Assembly: GCF_003334815.1 (NCBI RefSeq) | Contig: NZ_QOWO01000092.1 | Source of the DNA: Escherichia coli | Lineage (GTDB): Bacteria; Pseudomonadota; Gammaproteobacteria; Enterobacterales; Enterobacteriaceae | DNA length: 1,816 bases | Strand: one strand, 5' to 3' | Shown: positions 1-1,816 of the stretch, in pieces | How the letters are laid out: every line of letters starts with the position of its first letter | Position numbering within the stretch: position 1 is the stretch's first letter | Position numbers and translations under genes: made by a program | The notes under the pieces: model-generated | Database searches by the model: none | What the model was told of the DNA's origin: nothing | The model's input: only the letters and a program-made list of their open reading frames with translations

Positions 1-140
1 TATGGTCTGGCAGGGCTGGGGATGGGTAAGGTGAAATCTATCAATCCGTACCGGCTTACGCCGGGCTTCGGCGGTTTCACACCTGTGCTACATGTAACCA
101 CCGTATGCCGCCTTACATGCGCTGACGCGCATTATTTGCC

Positions 141-169
141 TTGTTCCGTCTGAAAGTAATCACTATGAT
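141..169 (+). promoter_or_regulatory. Putative sigma70 promoter of the TA operon: -35 TTGTTC (141-146), 17-bp spacer, -10 TATGAT (164-169)
   Basis: Hexamers read directly from the sequence. The -10 matches TATAAT at 5 of 6 positions, the -35 matches TTGACA at 4 of 6, and the spacing is 17 bp. It sits 27 bp upstream of the antitoxin start. Not experimentally supported; an alternative -35 (TTGCCT, 136-141) is also possible. Confidence 0.3.
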
Positions 170-182
170 TAAATATGATTAA
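164..182 (+). repeat. Tandem direct repeat TATGATTAA-a-TATGATTAA (candidate RHH antitoxin operator)
   Basis: Two exact 9-bp copies at 164-172 and 174-182, offset by 10 bp (one helical turn). The first copy coincides with the predicted -10. RHH antitoxins typically autoregulate by binding direct or inverted repeats that overlap their own promoter. The repeat is seen directly; the operator role is inferred. Confidence 0.5.
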
Positions 183-195
183 CAACTAATCGGAT

Positions 196-480
196 ATGCA
201 AATGAAAAACAATACCGCACAGGCAACAAAAGTAATTACCGCGCATGTGCCATTACCTATGGCTGATAAAGTCGACCAGATGGCCGCCAGGCTGGAACGC
301 TCCCGGGGCTGGGTTATCAAACAGGCGCTTTCTGCATGGCTTGCCCAGGAGGAGGAGCGTAATCGCCTGACGCTGGAAGCCCTGGACGATGTGACATCCG
401 GACAGGTTATCGACCATCAGGCTGTACAGGCCTGGGCGGACAGCCTCAGTACTGACAATCCGTTACCGGTGCCACGCTGA
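196..480 (+). CDS. parD: Type II antitoxin, ribbon-helix-helix (CopG/ParD-like) family
   Basis: 94-aa ORF starting ATG 196 (alternative in-frame ATG at 202). The N-terminus has an RHH-like layout: a short beta-strand (KVITAHVPLPM), then helices with a G-x turn (ADKVDQMAARLERSRGWVIKQALSAWL), resembling the IKQ(Y)AL motif region of RK2 ParD as recalled. The TGA stop (478-480) overlaps the ATG of the downstream ParE-like toxin at 480-482, the classic antitoxin-first coupled TA arrangement. Size and acidic C-terminal tail fit a toxin-binding domain. The symbol is a family-level assignment, not an ortholog call. The Shine-Dalgarno is weak, so the start codon is uncertain. Confidence 0.75.
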   Translation: MQMKNNTAQATKVITAHVPLPMADKVDQMAARLERSRGWVIKQALSAWLAQEEERNRLTLEALDDVTSGQVIDHQAVQAWADSLSTDNPLPVPR

Positions 481-755
481 TGGAACTGAAGTGGACCAGT
501 AAGGCGCTTTCTGATTTGGCGCGGTTATATGATTTTCTGGTGCTGGCCAGTAAACCTGCTGCCGCCAGAACGGTACAGTCCCTGACACAGGCACCGGTCA
601 TTCTGTTAACTCATCCACGTATGGGAGAACAGTTGTTTCAGTTTGAACCCAGGGAGGTCAGACGGATTTTTGCTGGCGAGTACGAAATCCGTTACGAACT
701 TAATGACCAGACTATTTATGTATTGCGCCTGTGGCACACACGAGAAAACAGGTAG
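480..755 (+). CDS. parE: Type II toxin, RelE/ParE superfamily (ParE-like)
   Basis: 91-aa ORF. The C-terminal segment (QTIYVLRLWHTRENR) fits the ParE-type hydrophobic-x-hydrophobic-R-hydrophobic-x-H-x-R pattern, and the size (~90 aa) is typical. The start ATG shares one nucleotide with the antitoxin stop (TGATG at 478-482), implying translational coupling. GC content matches the upstream antitoxin. The symbol is a family-level assignment. Confidence 0.8.
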   Translation: MELKWTSKALSDLARLYDFLVLASKPAAARTVQSLTQAPVILLTHPRMGEQLFQFEPREVRRIFAGEYEIRYELNDQTIYVLRLWHTRENR

Positions 756-783
756 ATTGTGTGTGGGGACAACTTAACATAGC

Positions 784-845
784 CTGCAGATATTAATTCT
801 GGAACATTATTATCACGCCAGATATTTTGCATTCCATTAAATAAT
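784..845 (+). promoter_or_regulatory. Tentative promoter region for the 861..1139 ORF (weak hexamers: TATTAT 808-813, AATAAT 840-845; 8-bp direct repeat CAGATATT at 786-793 and 819-826)
   Basis: The 105-bp gap after the parE stop implies an independent promoter. There are AT-rich -10-like hexamers but no convincing -35, and a CAGATATT direct repeat whose copies are 33 bp apart. Speculative. Confidence 0.15.
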
Positions 846-850
846 CTTGT

Positions 851-855
851 AGGAG
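851..855 (+). promoter_or_regulatory. Shine-Dalgarno sequence (AGGAG) for the 861..1139 ORF
   Basis: AGGAG lies 5 nt upstream of the ATG at 861 and is a perfect core match to the anti-SD complement. Confidence 0.55.
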
Positions 856-860
856 ATAAA

Positions 861-1139
861 ATGAATTACGATGAAATAACGAAAATTACCGCTGAACGTA
901 TTAGCGACTACATGACTGAAGCAGTTAATACAGACTCTATTGCCGTTGCGGAAATGTTTCATAACGCTGCATGGGGAGTGCGAACATTGTGGTTTGAACT
1001 CGTCACAAAAATAGATATGGATATGCATAAAAAGAACGGGTATGCGAGTTATGATCTTAGAAGGAAAATCGAAATGCAGCATGAAGAGTTTCAGAAAATG
1101 ACAGAGCGCGAGCAAGTGCCTTTATTGAAATCGCCATAA
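861..1139 (+). CDS. Hypothetical small protein (92 aa), no family recognised
   Basis: ATG at 861 is preceded by a canonical Shine-Dalgarno AGGAG (851-855) with a 5-nt spacer. The ORF ends in three tandem in-frame stops, TAA TAA TAG (1137-1145). The translation has balanced, mildly acidic composition and looks protein-like, unlike the antisense shadow ORF. It is AT-richer (~44% GC in block 901-1000) than the TA operon. I recognise no homology from memory. Confidence 0.55.
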   Translation: MNYDEITKITAERISDYMTEAVNTDSIAVAEMFHNAAWGVRTLWFELVTKIDMDMHKKNGYASYDLRRKIEMQHEEFQKMTEREQVPLLKSP

Positions 1140-1147
1140 TAATAGAA

Positions 1148-1178
1148 ACAGTACAAGTACATTGCTGTATTGTGTTTT
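1148..1178 (+). terminator. Weak candidate intrinsic terminator downstream of the 861..1139 ORF
   Basis: ACAGTAC (1148-1154) can pair with GTATTGT (1167-1173) as a 7-bp stem with one G-U pair, followed by G then TTTT (1175-1178). The stem is AT-rich and the loop is long (12 nt), so predicted stability is low. Confidence 0.15.
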
Positions 1179-1241
1179 CCTTGAATATTGAATCGCGGTG
1201 CCCATGTACTACGATTCCTTTCGTGTCATTTATCATTGCAC

Positions 1242-1280
1242 ACTTTCCCTGACTGAGCGTAAAACACTGACTACTTTCCC
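1242..1280. repeat. Short rearranged direct repeats: ACTTTCCC (1242-1249 and 1273-1280) and CTGACT (1249-1254 and 1267-1272)
   Basis: Exact 8-bp and 6-bp repeats read directly from the sequence, in the 194-bp convergent intergenic region between the 861..1139 (+) and 1603..1334 (-) ORFs. Function unknown. Confidence 0.3.
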
Positions 1281-1333
1281 CTCAAACTCTTGGACGGAGA
1301 ATGCAAAATTGGTCTGTTCCAGCATAGAATATG

Positions 1334-1603
1334 TTACTTTTTCATGACCGAACCAGAAATATTGCGCGTCAATAAGAGACATTGTGTAAACTCAGTCCTT
1401 TTATCTGGCAGGTTAACCCCTATCAATCTTAGGATGAAACCACGCCATCCTCTGTTTGCCTGGTTATTAATTTCATAAAGACGATTGTTTTCCTCTCGTA
1501 GTTTTGTCCACTCTAAACAAAGTGTTATATCATCCAGTTCTGTGATGTGTTTCACTTTTCCATTGACAGTTACAGTGTTTATTCCATTTCCTGTGATCAT
1601 CAT
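1334..1603 (-). CDS. Hypothetical protein (89 aa), minus strand, coupled to an upstream ORF
   Basis: ORF starting ATGATG (1603..1598), with AAGG 6 nt upstream as a weak Shine-Dalgarno, and stop TAA at 1336..1334. The first ATG overlaps the TGA stop of the upstream minus-strand frame (ATGA, 1603..1600). The N-terminal half (MMITGNGINTVTVNGKVKHITELDDITL...) looks protein-like and the region LREENNRLYEINNQ looks helical. The competing + strand ORF 1290..1478 starts with TTG and looks less protein-like. Very AT-rich, and no family recognised. Confidence 0.4.
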   Translation of the reverse strand: MMITGNGINTVTVNGKVKHITELDDITLCLEWTKLREENNRLYEINNQANRGWRGFILRLIGVNLPDKRTEFTQCLLLTRNISGSVMKK

Positions 1604-1816
1604 CTTATGCCTTTTTTATCTTCATTTGGGACCGTGCTTTTCTTCGGAGTATCACTATTCGTTAACTGCTGTTTATCAATAAAATTCCTGATGTTATCAA
1701 GTGCTTCCTTTGTTTTTAGAATGTTATACAGAAATACAAGTATACAATCAGGAGAATAGGTAAAATCCATAATACTATAGCTAAAAAAATATATACGGGG
1801 ATCAGGCGTCTGTATG
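1600..1816 (-). CDS. 3' portion of a minus-strand ORF that extends beyond the window; alternatively a 56-aa ORF from ATG 1770
   Basis: The minus-strand frame is open for 72 codons from the window edge (1816) to TGA at 1602..1600. That is unlikely by chance in ~30% GC DNA (order 0.5% under a simple composition model I estimated by hand). The C-terminal sequence (…ILKTKEALDNIRNFIDKQQLTNSDTPKKSTVPNEDKKGIR) looks protein-like. The in-window ATG at 1770 has no Shine-Dalgarno, so the true start is probably upstream of the window. Confidence 0.3.
   Translation of the reverse strand, partial: IQTPDPRIYFFSYSIMDFTYSPDCILVFLYNILKTKEALDNIRNFIDKQQLTNSDTPKKSTVPNEDKKGIR

Noticed and set aside
51-64. CCGGC-TTAC-GCCGG hairpin as an intrinsic terminator of an upstream gene
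   Set aside because: The stem is only 5 bp and is not followed by a T-tract (the downstream sequence is GCTTCGGCGG), so it does not fit a Rho-independent terminator. It may be a REP-like or incidental palindrome.
837-1115. 92-aa minus-strand ORF antisense to the 861..1139 ORF
   Set aside because: It starts with TTG rather than ATG, has no Shine-Dalgarno, and its translation (rich in F, H, C, I; for example [17 protein letters not shown]...) looks like a shadow frame of the better-supported + strand ORF, which has a canonical RBS.
1137-1145. Triple stop TAATAATAG considered as a possible recoding or readthrough signal
   Set aside because: Tandem stops in AT-rich DNA are common and are more simply explained as redundant termination; there is no downstream in-frame coding potential.
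1290-1478. 62-aa + strand ORF overlapping the minus-strand 1603..1334 ORF
   Set aside because: The start is TTG (1290-1292), with no convincing ribosome-binding site. It lies mostly in the convergent intergenic region and overlaps the more plausible minus-strand ORF. The translation is Cys/His/Arg-rich and not protein-like.
1485-1759. Two overlapping + strand ORFs (1485..1682 and 1547..1759)
   Set aside because: Both are read from the T-rich strand antisense to the minus-strand ORF pair. The translations are dominated by F, S, L, C, V (for example FIPFPVIIILCLFYLHL), typical of spurious frames in AT-rich DNA. No RBS found.
1-1816. Search for tRNA, rRNA, CRISPR arrays and IS or transposon terminal inverted repeats
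   Set aside because: No regularly spaced repeat-spacer array, no tRNA-like cloverleaf signatures (such as a GTTCGAATC-type T-arm with CCA end), and no long terminal inverted repeats flanking a transposase-sized ORF were found by reading the sequence. The only repeats are the short ones listed.

Overview
The window has two compositionally distinct halves. Positions ~130-755 (+ strand, roughly 53-61% GC in hand-counted 100-bp blocks) carry a compact type II toxin-antitoxin operon: a ribbon-helix-helix ParD-like antitoxin (196..480) whose TGA stop overlaps the ATG of a ParE/RelE-family toxin (480..755), preceded by a sigma70-like promoter whose -10 overlaps a tandem 9-bp direct repeat (candidate operator). 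From ~780 onward the DNA is markedly AT-rich (roughly 44% falling to 29% GC), which looks horizontally acquired. This part holds one well-supported small orphan ORF (861..1139, +) and, on the minus strand, an 89-codon ORF (1603..1334) joined by an ATGA overlap to an upstream frame that stays open to the window edge at 1816. That minus-strand pair is the best candidate for an uncharacterised module, but it could equally be a frameshifted pseudogene, and I cannot assign it a function from sequence alone. I see no rRNA, tRNA, CRISPR array or recognisable IS/transposon ends. The left 150 bp is ambiguous, with short open frames on both strands and no start or stop context that resolves them.
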